DNA from: Antedon mediterranea
Taxonomy: Eukaryota > Animalia > Echinodermata
Assembly (NCBI RefSeq): GCF_964355755.1
Contig: NC_092677.1
Location: forward strand, 2,688,101-2,752,100
Length of the DNA stretch: 64,000 bases
Direction of reading: 5' to 3'
The notes under the pieces are model-generated. The model saw only the letters and a program-made list of their open reading frames with translations, made no database searches and was not told the origin of the DNA. Below, piece after piece: positions 49,838 to 63,965 of this stretch (positions are counted from its first letter, which is position 1; each line of letters begins with the position of its first letter). A program made the translations under genes and the position numbers.

Positions 49838-51335
49838 AGGCCTGTTTCTGCTGCAACTGCTCAAAATACGGTATAAAAATACGGTATTTTTTATACCGTA
49901 TTTTTTAGTACCCCGTTTCTGCTAACAATACTTCTTGGGTGGTCGTGTTAAATTTCATCCTTTTTACCCAAACTGCCATTCATTTATTTGGTCGATAATT
50001 AAAAGTCGCAATAAAGGAAGTTTTACGTCTCAATTTCAACAGCCTAGCCCTAGTGATAGAGATGTTGTGAGAGCACAGAAAACATCGTAATGAGGACAAG
50101 TAATTCGTTCCCTTCCCGAGTTATTGTCTTTTACAATCTTTTACTGCTTTCGCAGGCTCTTCAGCTTTGAATTTACTTGCTTTGGAGACAAGTCTATTCC
50201 GTACTCCTTTATTTTTTTAGAAATGTCTAATTATTACCTCCGCCAAGGAGGTTATATTTTCACCCCTGTATGTTTGTGTGTGTGTGTGTGTGTGTGTTTG
50301 TTTGTGTGTGTCTGTGAACAGCCTGGAGGCCACAGTTTTTATCCGATTCTCACCAAATTTGGACACAATGATCTATGCCCAAAAAGCTCGGACGAGTTCG
50401 AATTTGAGGGGAAAGGTCATAGGTCAAGGTCACAAATAACAAAAAACTATATTACTACCTAGAGTCCACAGTTTTTATCCAATTCTCACCAAACTTAGCC
50501 ACAATGATCAATGACTCATCATATAATTGTGGTTAAATTTTGAAGGGTCAGGACATGGAGTAAAGAATCCATGGTCAGGATCAAAGATCAAGGTCTACAA
50601 AAAACAAACAAAAAATAAATAAAAAAATAATAATAAAAAAAAAAAAAAAAACCTCAGTGGGACTTGAACCAGCGATCTCAACTGTGAGAGGCTGGATACA
50701 TAACCATTACACCACACTCTCATCCACAACGTTGTAAGGTGTAGTTAGCCTATTTACACTTAGAACTCATTAAAAAAAAAAAAAATATATATATATATTT
50801 TCTGGGGACATTTCGTGTAGAGGAATTTTACAGTAGGCGGAGGTTTGTACTCTCGGAGTACCCTCTAGTTATAAATGTGGTTGTCCCTTTTATTACCTTT
50901 TAGTTGGCCGGACATTTTAGCTTCCCCATCCCCTCCTTCCCCACCCCCTCCTTCCCCATCCTCTTCTTCCCCATCCCTCCCCCTCCTTCCCCACACAGAT
51001 GTATATAGTAAATACTGTGACGTTCTTCGCTCCACATTTTCGCCGAATATCTATACACGTGTGTAAAACAGCTGACAGCGACAGAAAATAAAAACACGAT
51101 GTTGACCTCATGTCACGGGTAAAAAAAAATACGGTATTTTTTATTGGCAGCAGAAAAGGGTACAAAAAATACGGTATAAATTTGTAAATACCGTATTTTA
51201 TCCACAAATTTTGTGGGGAAAATACGGTATACAAAATACGGTATTTTTTTATGAGCGCAGTTTCTGCTGCCAAAGAAATACGGTATATATACGGTATTCA
51301 AAAAATACCGTATAAAATACGGTATTTTATGAAAA
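49838..51335. mobile_element. Element with AAATACGGTA/TACCGTATTT subrepeats, interrupted by the HINE
   Basis: The same motif clusters at 49865-49905 and 51125-51330. Confidence 0.45.
50231..50870 (+). mobile_element. Helentron-associated non-autonomous element (HINE/DINE-1-like) containing a tRNA-like segment
   Basis: 5' TTATTACCTCCGCCAAGGAGGT, a (TG)n microsatellite, subterminal GGCGGAGGT and a 3' CTAGTT end. A minus-strand tRNA/SINE-like segment lies at ~50650-50725. Confidence 0.68.
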
Positions 51336-51819
51336 AAAATTGCTGATAATACAGCATTAATAGATGTAGACAGTAATCTGTAAAATCTTGTTCAATAAAT
51401 AATGACTTTGTTCTTGCTGTCAACTTAGGCAAGTATAATAATTCACTGTCAAATAATCAAAACATTATTTCTGTTTCATATCAAAGTATGAATTCTTGTT
51501 GTATTTTACTTCAAATACAAAAGTTATTATAACCCCAAAACCATTGTCTGACAAACAATTTAAGTATTTTTTGCTTTAAATTACATTTTTTTCAGGTAAA
51601 TAATTGGTTAACGTGAATAACTATTATGTGACAATAAATTAACACATTCAAAAACAAATTTGAAATAAAAAATATTTTTCAGGGGGACAATATATCTTTA
51701 AAACTGTTATGTCAACAAGCGAGCAGCGTTTTTTGTAAGAAATATTTTTTGTTTATTTTGTTTTCGGGTTGTTTACGGTTGTTTTCGGTAATCAGACTGA
51801 CCCTAATTCCCAGCTCACT

Positions 51820-52426
51820 ATGTCGGTCGGTTGGTCGGTCGGTCGGTAGGTACACAAAAACTTGTATATGACCTTATCTTGATATATGTTTAATCTAGCT
51901 AAGTCAATTTTTCACAGTATATTCCTTATGGCCAGGAATCGATGTGGTTATGTTTTCACGGTGCGCAATAAAAAATTACGCGGTCTACGCACGATTTAAC
52001 GAAATACAATTGTAATCATCTTCACAACCATGAATCACAATTAAATAAAATTTGGTACTCATAAATTTCAGGGCATAAATCATCATATGGCAATACAATT
52101 AACATTAGCATGTAACGCATGCGTACACCCGCTTAAAAATTTTCAAAATTTATTTTCGATGAAATAAGAGTACGTTTATTGCCATGAGTGCGCAGATTTT
52201 TAGTTAAATATTATTACGCACTCTTTTTGCCTGATTTCTGTTTTCTTGACTTACTTTTCAACTCGAAATTACGTTATACGAGCACGTCAAAAGTGACAGG
52301 CTACGCACGTGTAAATTAGAAAAATATAAATGTTTTTAAACATGTTCAGCAATTTCGGTCGGTCGGTCGGTCGGTAAACACTAATAATGAGCACGCGACT
52401 CTGAAGCCATCTATATGGCCTTGTTT
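51820..52426 (+). mobile_element. Probable second HINE-like element with (CGGT)n microsatellites
   Basis: (CGGT)n at ~51825 and ~52356, a 3' hairpin GCCAT..ATGGC and a CTTGTT end. Confidence 0.45.
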
Positions 52427-53013
52427 ATGTGAGATCTTTGTGTTCTGTGCAGCTGCAGAAACACACATAGAGGGCGACATCCCATGGGAATTTGGAAATC
52501 ATCGATTGATGATTGCCTCTCTTTTCTAGCTCTCTCTCTCCGCGCCGCTGCTGATCGGGATGAGTACCTGGGCATAGAATTACTATATTTTTTGTATCAT
52601 TATTGACAAGTTTGATCTATTTTTTGGATTGTAATTCATTTAGAAGGTTATATCTGTTAAACAATTCTTTATTGCCCTTTACTACGGTCTACCTGGGCCT
52701 ATCTAGCTCTAGTTATTAATTAGGGCTGGCCTCTTAACTACGTATAATACTAGGCCTAGGCCCTGGGCCTAGGCCTACCTAGTACTACTCCTATGCCTAG
52801 TAGTAGGCCTACTACTCATATGCCTACTAGTAGGCCTAGCTAGTTCATAGTCTAAGATTATTGTAGGCCGCCTAGAAGCTAGCTAGAGTAGGAGTCAGTG
52901 GTTTACTGATCAACAAAAATGTAATTTAAAATTATGCAATACAAATATAAAAAAATAGCAAATAAATATGGCCTAGCCTAGTAAAAAAAAGTTGTCCACT
53001 TTAAATTTTGATG

Positions 53014-54185
53014 ATACAGATACAGATTCATTTATTGTCCAAAATATTAATGGAAATTACAGTGCTCATAAACCTTGGCTTGCCTAAAATAGATATAAAT
53101 ATAAGGGGGACTATCTAACAAATGTTTTGTTATAATGCCTTATCCCAGCTGGGTAGAACGAGTACTTGTAACGGTCCGTCTGCGCATTCACCGTCCTCAT
53201 CCTACCACTTCTAACGATAACGGAGCCGATAATGTTGTTATGAAGAGGATGGTTGGTGTCTTCCAATAGCATGGAACACATCGGCAAGACGTTCGCTGTA
53301 GAAAGAGTCCAGCGTTTGCACAGACGAACCAATTACTTTCCCCGCTCTACCCAGCACCTTTTCAATTCGGTCTTTATCCCCTTTACTGATATTCCCAGCC
53401 CAGACCAACATACAATATCCCCAAATAGATAACATCGCTGATGAGTAAAACATTTTACAAATATCCTGATTTACTCCAAACGAACCGAGTTTCCTCAGGC
53501 CTTGTGTTTAACTTCTTAACTATATGGTCAACATGATCCCCCCATTTAAGCTTACAGTCAAATACTACTCCCAGGTACTTATAATTGTTATCAATCAATC
53601 AACAATCTCTACTTCCTTTCCTTTAATGTATACCGGGTCCATACTGTCAGACCTATTGTGTTTTCGAAAATCAATCCGCATTTCTTTCGTTTTATTTATG
53701 TTTAGTTAAAGAAAATTATTGCCACAGTAATTGGTGAATCAGATAATCTCAGAAAGGTATAGAGAAGAATTGTTATTATTAATAAGTCCAACCATAGCCG
53801 AGTCGTCCGCAAATTTTATCATTGGACAACTCGGGGGTACCGACCTAAAGTCTGATGTGTACAGAGTAAACAAAAAAGGTGCCAATACGCTACCTTGTGG
53901 TGTACTAGTACGCACAGTATCAGAAATAATATTATTCTGTAACTTAACATACTGGCTACGTTCGACTAAAAAAGTAAACACAAACGAAATTAAAACACTT
54001 GGAACATTCATATCAAATAATTTATGAACTAATATGTGTGGCTGAATTGTGTTGAATGCGGAACTAAAATCATAGTACATAACTAACGCATGGGTACGTT
54101 TTCCAGTCATCTAAATGACGGTACATTTGGTGGAGTTTATATATCAAAGCGTCTTCAGTCCTGTTTGTGCAGTACGGGAATTGGA
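53014..54185 (-). mobile_element. 5'-truncated, degenerate Rex1/Babar-like LINE
   Basis: YDFSSAFNTIQPHIL, PQGSVLAPFLFTLYTSD, KFADDSA, HPLH..SGR..RYKYSFYP, with a (TGTATC)n-type tail at ~53014-53028. Confidence 0.88.
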
Positions 54186-55360
54186 GTGCTTTTGCTTATT
54201 AGATTTCCAGCTGTCATGTTTTGTGTTACCTTTCGATTTTAAAGGGTAAATAAAGAATGAATGAAAATATAAACAACAACATATAAAAGGTAAATGATTA
54301 TTAAACTTACATTGAACATAAAAGAAACAGAAACCAAAAAAAACAATACAATGCTCAGTAAGTAATTGTACAGATATAATAGGTCAGTAGTAAATACACA
54401 TACAAATAACAACAAAATATAAAAGGTAAATGATGATTAAACTTACATAACGTACATTGGAGAAAAAAATGTGACAGAAAAAAAATTTATACATAGTAAA
54501 TGAAACTGAAAAGAAATCGAAATAAAGACAAATGTATATATATATTATATATATTTGAAAGTATAGATGGGAAGGTATGAATTGTAAGGGTAGGGGGAAA
54601 GAGAAGAAAAATAAATAAATTTAAAGAAAAAAAACAAAAAAACCCAAAAAAGAAATACCTGTATATGTGTGTAGTGGCAATAAAAGCGAAAGCCCAGTGG
54701 GTTAGCAGGAGAAGTCGGAACAGTCTTTGAATAGCGAAAATAATATTAGAATATAGTTCAAATCAAACACAAGTAAAAATGGGTCGGAGCTGGGCCAATG
54801 AGAAAGAAATGGCAGTCGAATGAGTAAGCAAAGGGAAAATAATATTGAATACAGTACAGGAATTTACCATGGTGAAACAATCAATTTCACAAATATCACA
54901 AATATATTGAAGCTGTATGATTGCTGCACATAAGGCTGAATAGTACACAAATGACAATCAAATCCAGTAAATTCAATCCATTGTTGGAGCCGGAAGAACA
55001 TTGAGAAAGAACTTGTAGTACATTCCGAGCTCATGCAAATGAAGAATTACCAGCCCATGCGTGGCTGCTTCGTGTGCTGTGCCTAGCCGGCGTTGTTATT
55101 CAAATTAGCGGCTACAATGCAAGAAAATGATGACGTCGTAGGTTGTTTTTAGCGTGCGGGAAATCAGGTTGTGTAAAATGCAGGTCATACTGTAACGTAG
55201 AGCAGGGGAAGGTGACCGAAACGGCAGACTTAAGGTGTACTCGGGAAAGACAAGGTACAGAACGTGGCCGGCGACGAATCAGAGAGCAATATATGAGTAA
55301 TTACATTTGCTGACAACTTAATAAGTATGTACATTATGACATACTGTATTGTTATCTGTG

Positions 55361-56938
55361 ACCTGCTCTGGCATAGTGAATCTTGGTGAAAATAGGGTTT
55401 TCCCCTTTTTGGAATCTACAACTATTTAAGAATCAAGATCAAGTTTCATTTTGTGTGAATTAAGTTTATAAAAGGGCTAAATAAGTGATTTTAATGAGTA
55501 CCTTTTTTGTCTTGATTTCATTTTGTTGCAAAAAAATGAAATAAAGTGCATGAAACACTGTTAGAAAACTGTACAGTTTATGAAAAACTTTGTATAGCTA
55601 CCTTTAGAAACATGGTAGAGTCTGAAAATTTAAATATTCATAAGCCATATTCAGTGGGTATTTCAAGTGGATTTCAATATTTTTGGCTTCTTCAGCGGGA
55701 ATTAGAGGAGGTAAAAAGCTTCTCTGACGTGATTTTTAAACCACAAAAATCCGTTGTCAAGGATACGCCACGTAATGGCTAGCGCGTAGTAGAAATACAG
55801 TACTGTAATTGGCTTATCCTTAAAATGACCTTTGACCTGTTTACTTTCTACGCGGAGAGGAGAGTAAACAATTCAGATTAAAGATAATCGATGGATCTAG
55901 ACTAGGCTAGGCCTAGTCCTAGGCCAAATACAATGACTAAAAAATACCAACATAATGAGAGTAGCAAAGGACCTATGATATTAAATTATTACAGCCAGTA
56001 TAGTGACTAGCCTAGGCCTACGAAGTAGCCTTTTTTGGACTCCAGGCTGGGTCCTTCTAGGCCTACCTGTCCTAGCCTAGGGTAGGCCTAGCAGGTCTAG
56101 ATTAGACTAGCTAGGCCTTGGTAGGCTAGCTAGGTAGGTTAGTAGCAGGGCAAATAGGCCTAGCTAGGATAGGTAGGCTAGGCCTAGGTGGCACTGTTAT
56201 TTGCCTACATATCACATAGGCCTACCATATTTTTTGTTTTTACATAATAAGTATACAAACTTAATACATTAGTATCCATTATTTAATTGATTAAAGCTAT
56301 CGCATAATGTTATTTAAGTTGTATTTGTTATCTAATCAGCAGGCACTACACAACTAAAATTTAAATTATTTAAGTACACTTTTAAGAACGTACTTAAATC
56401 CAGTAGTTCAAGAAATGGTATTTAATGTTATATAACTTAATTTATTGTATACATACATTTAATTAATTTTTAAAGAATAACACAGTTTTTTTAGTGTAAA
56501 AACATTAATTTACCCCCTTTTTTACCATTTTAAGTAAGTGCTTAAAAGAAACACAAGTATGTACTTAACATAGAATGTGGAAATATTTTTTTGTATGCAT
56601 TGTCACAGTAATCAATATCCTACCAAAAAACATTTCATTGTATCATATTTTGTGAATGTGTGATACTTAGAAAGTATACACTATTAGATTAAGAAATAAT
56701 AATTTTTGTTGTTGTTTTATAAAATAACATTGACATTCAATCATGATTTTCTCAAAACTGTTATTTTTGTATATTTCTTTATACATGCTTCGACTTAACG
56801 TACAATATCTCAGGATCCCCTTCATGTTAAATATTAAGTTTGGTATCATTGTAAAGGATATAACATTTCCTACAAGATAGAATACAAATCTGAAAAATTT
56901 AAATTTTCGACTTATGTTTCACTTTGCCAGAGCAGGTT
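55361..56938. mobile_element. ~1.6-kb TIR-bounded non-autonomous element
   Basis: ACCTGCTCTGGCATAGTGAA at 55361 and TTCACTTTGCCAGAGCAGGT ending ~56938. Confidence 0.6.
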
Positions 56939-56946
56939 ATTCTATA

Positions 56947-58659
56947 GGATCAGGTGCCGTTTTCGGCCACCTCGACTTATATGGACTATACCATTATTAT
57001 GATAGGGGTGTGGTGTATTATGTTTTATGTATAGAAGGGTGTCTATTGAATGGGAAGACAATACAATTGTTCTGTTATGTAACCTACAATACAGAACATC
57101 AAAAACTAGCAAGCATGTACTTTTTATAAGGCATGTTATTATTAGGTACTGTGTTAATGCCAAGATTTTGTAACAATATTAACTATATAAGTAGGTAACT
57201 TACTTACTATATTTATATAAAAACTAAACTAAACACTACAGTACAGTATAATCAAAATTAAAACATATTAAATACTATGTTATGCCTATCTGGATTTAAA
57301 CACAATAAATTTTAGTACAATAGGATTCGAAATTAGAAAATCTTAAATACTACAGTACAATCGGAATCAAAACATATTAAAAACAACTACAGTACAATCG
57401 GAATTAAAACATGTTAAACTACAAAACAACTAAACTAAATATCACAATCGGAATTTAAAAAATCTTAAATACTACAGTACAATCGGAATCAAAACATATT
57501 AAAAACAACTACAGTACAATCGGAATTAAAACATCGATCCTAAATACTAAAATACAATCGGAATTAAAACATGTTAAACTACAAAACAATTAAACTAAAT
57601 ATCACAATTGATTGGAAATAAAAAATCTTAAATACTACATTACAATCGGTTAAATTACCAAAACTCTATAATGTTGTGAAATATGTAAAAGAATGTTGGC
57701 AAATGCATTCTAATCGGCCAAATCCTATCGGTAGATAAATCATATTTTTTATTTGCAAGGGATAAATCCCAACAACATGGATTTGAACCCAAGAACCTGG
57801 AATCGGTAGACGAGTACAATTGAAGATTGATTGACATATAATTTAATGTTTTTTGTTTGTTTTCACCTGATACATTTACATTTAATGCTAAATGTAAAAC
57901 GAATAGTAGATACAGAAACTATGGAGGAATTCCTCCATGCAAAAACAAACTGGTAACAGATTCATTGACATAATTTTATGTTTATTTGTTCTACTGATTA
58001 CCTGATACATTTAATGTTAAATGTAAATAAATGAAACGATTGTAGATACAGAAAGAAAATGGTAACAGGTTCATGGACGACTTAATTATATGTATTTTTG
58101 TTTTACGATGACTCGACAATAGTTGGACTTATAACAATGATTATTCTCTGTACCTTTCTGAGATTATTCGATTTACCGATTATGGCAACAATTTTCTTGA
58201 ACTAAACATAAATAAAACGAAAGAAATAAGGATTGATTTTCGAAAACAAAATTGGTCTGACAGTATACATTAATTAAAGGAATTAAAAGGAAGTAGAGAT
58301 TGTTAACAATTATAAGTATCTGGGAGTAGTGTTCGACTAAAGTTCAATATCCACCTTAGGGAATCCACCTAATATCCATATTAGGGAAGGATACCTACAA
58401 ATTATATAGAAATAAAGAGCCATAATACGGGCCATAATATACTGTATTAACTTGAAAACTGAAATTAATTCTACAGCGTGTAGGGCGTAGTTGTTTTCCC
58501 TTTGTTGCTGAAACATAATGCACTAAACAAAAGAACAAAAGCAGCAGTATTTTAACACATTAGCACACTAAATTAATAAATGGCACACCCCTATTTTCCC
58601 ATCTTTTTATAATGGTATAGTCCATACAAGTCGAGGTGGCCGAAAACGGCACCTGATTC
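56947..58659. mobile_element. Diverged third copy of the GGATCAGG-TIR element
   Basis: Same TIRs and collinear interior. It has an expanded internal tandem repeat (~57340-57650) and lacks ~650 bp including the 3' part of the LINE fragment. Flanked by TATA on both sides. Confidence 0.88.
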
Positions 58660-59309
58660 TATAAATAGTTGGTTTGATATTTAAATAAACTATTAAAAAA
58701 CCGTCATAGAAAGTGGTTTTTAAATATCGTTTGCAGCGGCCTTCCTTACAAATTGATGACACCCTCAACTACGACTTAGGTACATTTAAGCACTGACATC
58801 GAATGCAAGTACTGTACTGTCCTATGCGACGATGGGAATTCAATAGGATGAGAAAACATCCTTTATTGGCATATTATCAAAAAAAATGATTACGATTTAA
58901 ATTATAGAAATAATTTATGTCAAATAAATTTAAACAATAATTAAAGAGCAAATTATTTAACACTATATTTGATATATTATTTATTCATCATTCAAATTTT
59001 TCATAAATAATAACAAGGATATTTATTATTCTGCTCTGGCCTCTATATAGGTCTATATTTTTAGTACTTACTTTACATACATGGTGGGTTCAATTCCATT
59101 AAAAAAAACTTTATTCTCATTATTTATCTTCTATTTAATCTTCTTAATACTAATGTAAAATAATTTTTAACTATTTCATAATTGTTACCTTGATACTAAA
59201 TTTACTATTGAACTGCTTCTCTTTTTTTCTTTCTGCTGGTTTAAATTTTCTAATTATTCACTTGATTAAGTACATTTTGTAACTGGAATGCACGTCCATT
59301 CATTCTGTA

Positions 59310-59930
59310 GTGAATTGCATAATTTAAACCGTATACATATTCTCCAGAAAAAAGCACTTAGAAATATTTGTCATGTTCATTTTATGCATCCTTCTCATCC
59401 ACTTTTTATTTCGACCCAAATATTAAATATTTTTTACCTTTATACGAAACACACTGCTATATTTATGTATCAATATAAACATAATCTATTACCTGATTCA
59501 TTTAATAACTTATTTAGTACATCTGCCTCATTCCATAATTACTCAACTAGAAACAGGTCAAACTACTGTCCACAACTAAAACGCACCAAAGTCGGCCAAC
59601 AATGTATTTCCTACCAAGGAACACACATTTGGAATAATTTAACAGATTATATAAAACAATCCCCCACTTTAAGTTTGTTTAAACAGAGATTAAAGCAATA
59701 TTATAACAATAGAAATATTTAAGTTAAGTAAATCACATTATGTTATTTTGGTTTGTTCTTTTTTGTTTGTACTAATTGTTTAATCTTTTTTGTTAGGGTT
59801 ACATGCTTAAAGCACTCAAAATAAGCACAAGTTGTGCTTATTTTGTATCCCATTCCATTATCATATTATTTGTATTATATTTAAATTATTTTATTTTGAT
59901 TATGGAATAAAAATGTCGATGAATTGAATA
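59310..59930 (+). mobile_element. LINE 3' fragment (L2/Crack/Daphne-like)
   Basis: ILQKKALRNI..SHPLF...HNYSTR..ISYQGTHIWNNL..SLFKQRLK followed by an AT-rich UTR and AATAAA. Confidence 0.8.
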
Positions 59931-60139
59931 TGTATGTAGGCCTATATATAATGAAAGTGAAGTGAAAGTATTACAATACATGATTTTCTATGAAAACACT
60001 GACACACAGTTTGCTGGTAAATCAACTATATCTTAAATATTAAATATTGCATTGTAAATAAATTATTAATGTATACCAAAAGGCTAAGCATGTTAAATGA
60101 GTGCCTTGATATATTTTGATAAACGAATACGCAGGACGT

Positions 60140-60670
60140 TTAATCCTGGGTGGTGAATTTAAAAAAAAACACGCATCCAGCTCATGGAGGTAAAAATATA
60201 TTATACCTCCATGTCCAGCTGAAGTCCATATTGCAGGAACCTTCCCACCGTATATCTGCAGAACTGCACCGACACGCATCTGGTAGGAGAAGGAGGACGT
60301 CATGCATTGTAGTTTTCGGATACACTCGATCCTAAGTGTTGCTATATCGCCTGACGATTGATATTCAACTGTATGAGCTGCAACCATGCAGCGACGGTGT
60401 AGGATCTGTTGCTCAGCATCAGCTGTGTAGTATCCATGGACACTTGCTGGGTACCATCGTTGTCACTCAGCAGGATTGTACGGGATTGTGTCCTGAAATG
60501 TGCTCTGTAATGTTGACTTGTAAAAATGACTTTTATCACAGTAAAAACATTTTAACTATACTACCTGGAAAATTCAAGATGGAATGGTGAGATATGTCAT
60601 TTAATATTTTTAACAAATTATAATGTAAAAAATGTATGCCCTGCAAGAAATGATTTTCATCTATTATTTG
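60140..60670 (+). repeat. Diverged paralog of ~41990-42690
   Basis: Shared ATAATGTAAAAAATGTATGC..ATGATTTTC.TCTATTATTT, CCTG.AAAATTCAA..TGGAATG.TGAGATA.GTCA, and a single GTATATCTGCAGA.CTGCA.CGAC.C.CATCTG unit. Confidence 0.75.
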
Positions 60671-63321
60671 TTTTTTAAATAGAAACAGTACAGATGAAGG
60701 ATCAACAGGGCCGTAGCCAGGATCTGTCAAGGGGAGTTTGTACACTAAGTATTTGGGTCACTGATCCCCCCCCCCCCCACCCCTAGATGGCCGGAAATGG
60801 TACTCTCGCACATAAACTTCATGGCACCTCTAATTGGCACTACAATGATGATGATACACTATAATTCATAGCCAAACATAAATACTGTAGGTAACCGCAG
60901 AGTTCCATTTTTTTTATGTACGTCGGAAGGAAAAAGGAGAAAACCCCAAAACAAAGACCCATGTTTTAAAATTGTATTTGAATGACAACACACCAGGCTA
61001 ATAATTTTCAGAAGTTTGTGTGCGAAATAATCAAGGGTCTTCTTTTTGTACACATCCTATATGGGTGCATACAAAACGAAGACCCAAAAACGAAGACCCA
61101 TGTTTTTTAACTTTTATTTGAATGATAACGCACCAGGCTAACACAATATCACAATCTCGAACTTATTCAGACATTTGTTTGCGAGACAATCAAGGGGTAG
61201 TCTTCGATGTGTACACATCCTATAATGCAATAATGGGTGCATACAAATAAAAGACCGTTTTTTAAAATGCTAAATGAATGACTAGCTGTGTATCTGTCCT
61301 TGGTCATTGAGGAATTGATATGCTTGAATCCGTTTAACTCTGATGCAGTTTTCCTACTTTATTGTTGGAGTAGAATGATTATCCAGATCCAGAACTTCCG
61401 AAATAAAAATGGATCGTTCCATTTATATTATTTTGTCTATTTTGTGCTTTCTTATATATATTTTTTGTTGGACGCACCTTCAAAATGTGAAGTGTGCCAC
61501 TGTTACAAAAGTGAAGTTCCGAAATAAATTATTATTATTATTATAAATTATTATTATCATCGATAGATGGTTATTCGAAATACTATTAGGCTACCTCTAG
61601 AGTATATTCTGATCAAATAAACATTACCAGTAATTAATATAATGTAATGGTTTATAAATGGAGTACATGGGGGCTAACTTTACAGCATAAAAGATCGAAA
61701 CTGATAATTACAGTATAAATCCCCTCTTCGTATGAATAAAATGGTTTGGTTTGTTTGCTGAAAATCAGGCCGGCCGGCAGTGAGTGAGTGGGCGGAGCGA
61801 CTGAAATTTTGTCAGTGGTAACCATGGGTAACTAACAAGTGTATTGTATTCCGTCAAAAACCCGGAAATATGTTTTTAACCAGAATATTTCTTACAAAAA
61901 CGCTGCTTGCTTATTGTTATTGCTATGGTTAAAAACAACTGCATAGGCCTATAGAGATAAAGATAAAGGGGTACATTAAGGGTCTTTAACATTTGTTGTT
62001 GACACTCCGGATAATGTACTGTGCTTGCCATAATTATTTTTGTTTAATTTAATTAACTTTGATTAGTAGCCCACTGACAGTTATTCATTGTAATTTGTTG
62101 ATTTAATATTTCTTCTTACAACAATTCACTTTACCTGATGTGCTATGCCCAAAAATTGTTTTAAGGCAGATTTAAAACTATTGATTTTTATTTTACCTAG
62201 GCCTACAGTAGCCATGCGTAGGCCTATCAATAATAATTGTTTATTAAAAATATCGATGCTATATTCTGCTTTTTTTGTGCTACCTACGGTGAATTTGGCA
62301 GTGGCTGACTCTGACTGCCTTTGGCCACCTTTTTATTGAGTGGTAAATTATTAAAAATGTATTATATATAAACATTTTAAAATGTTTTAACAAAATATTC
62401 TTTATCTTGTAATTATATGGAAGACATAATATTGTGTTAAGCCTGGTCACGTTGGACTTAATTGGACAAATTAACCGAGTCGCCGAAAAGTGAGTGAAAA
62501 GAGGGTTAAATAACCAAGTTCGATGACTAATTTAGACGACCACTGCTTGTAGAATATTGAAAAGTCAAATCCTTACGTGTGACTCATGTGAGTCAATAAA
62601 CTTCGGTAAAATTACTGCGTGAAATTATCCTAGTATACTAAGATCAAATTTCCGATTAGGTAAGTCATCTATACGTTTATATTTAATCTGATTGGTCAGT
62701 TCAACCATCTTGTTGATTCCCTCTCCATGAAGAATCACTTTTTGAACTGCGATAATATTGGGGTTTGCGATCGGCTTAATATCGTTGAACGTACTTCCGT
62801 CGTCGGCGTCGGCGACCGACCGAGAACGACGTCCATCTTTTTTTTATATAATTAAAGTGACATATTTATTATCGCGTTCATAGACCAAAATTAAACACTG
62901 TACGCATGACCTTCAGGTGATAGGATACTATACATACAATTTCTATGAGGCCTGGGTTTCCTATATTTGCTACGTGATACGCATCATTAACACAATCAGG
63001 AACGCACCTCGATTCATTACAAACAATTCAACTAACTTTTTTGCTGTTAGGATTGCGACAAACTGCAACTGCTAAACAATCACACACCCAAGTCATATCT
63101 AATTTAATTTATTTTCATAATATAATATATTTTAATACACTTTTAATAAGAATTCCAAAATTCTACATACATAGTTGTTTCATTTTTTGTAATATACACA
63201 CTTAAGTTATAATGGTTATCTATAGGATAAAGTTAACTTTGCATATGAAATTATAAACCAAATATCTATCGATCAATCAATATATATGGTATATCATTTT
63301 CATAATATAAATTTACATAAT

Positions 63322-63965
63322 CATTTTAATTGCAAGTTCAAGTTTATTTAAAGCCTGTTTTCTTAATCTATATCACTATATGTAATAAAAAAATAACGAT
63401 TGACATACTGTATAAACACTTAACATTGTATCCAGCCAGTGAAGTTTATAATCGAGATGCAGATAGTACATATTTGCATTGCATAACCATTAAGTCTACA
63501 AATCATATAAATGTTTGGCTTGTTTAAATATTGGTATATTCGTCACTAGATCCTTTTATTTTACAATTTTTATTAATTTCATTGCTGATAAAATAAATAA
63601 CTAATCATAGATTACAATTTTTACTAAATTTTGTATTGGAAATTTGCCTTGATTAAGTATTTCCCAACCCCATTTTCATCCATCTTCAATTGGCACTGTG
63701 CCAAAATGTTTTGAATCTGCCCCTGTGGTACTTGCTACTACAGTCTTTCTTCATATTCAATAGATTGCATATAGTACAGTAAATAAAGTAAACAAATAAG
63801 CATGTTAAATGAGTGCATTTCCAGTAATTATATTGATAATGAATTGTCTGTGTAAATGCTACATTTAATTCTGGAATATGTTATACTATTTTAATTTCAA
63901 ACCTAAATATTTTTACTTGAATGAAAGATTAGTAAAACCGTTAACCAATTTAAATCTGAATTGAG
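63322..63965 (+). repeat. Diverged paralogous copy of 41250-41940
   Basis: Collinear shared blocks, e.g. GAATCTGCCCCTGTGGTACTTGCTACTACAGTCTTTCTT and TACAGTAAATAAAGTAAACAAATAAGC..GTTAAATGAGTGCATTTCCAGTAA. Confidence 0.85.
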
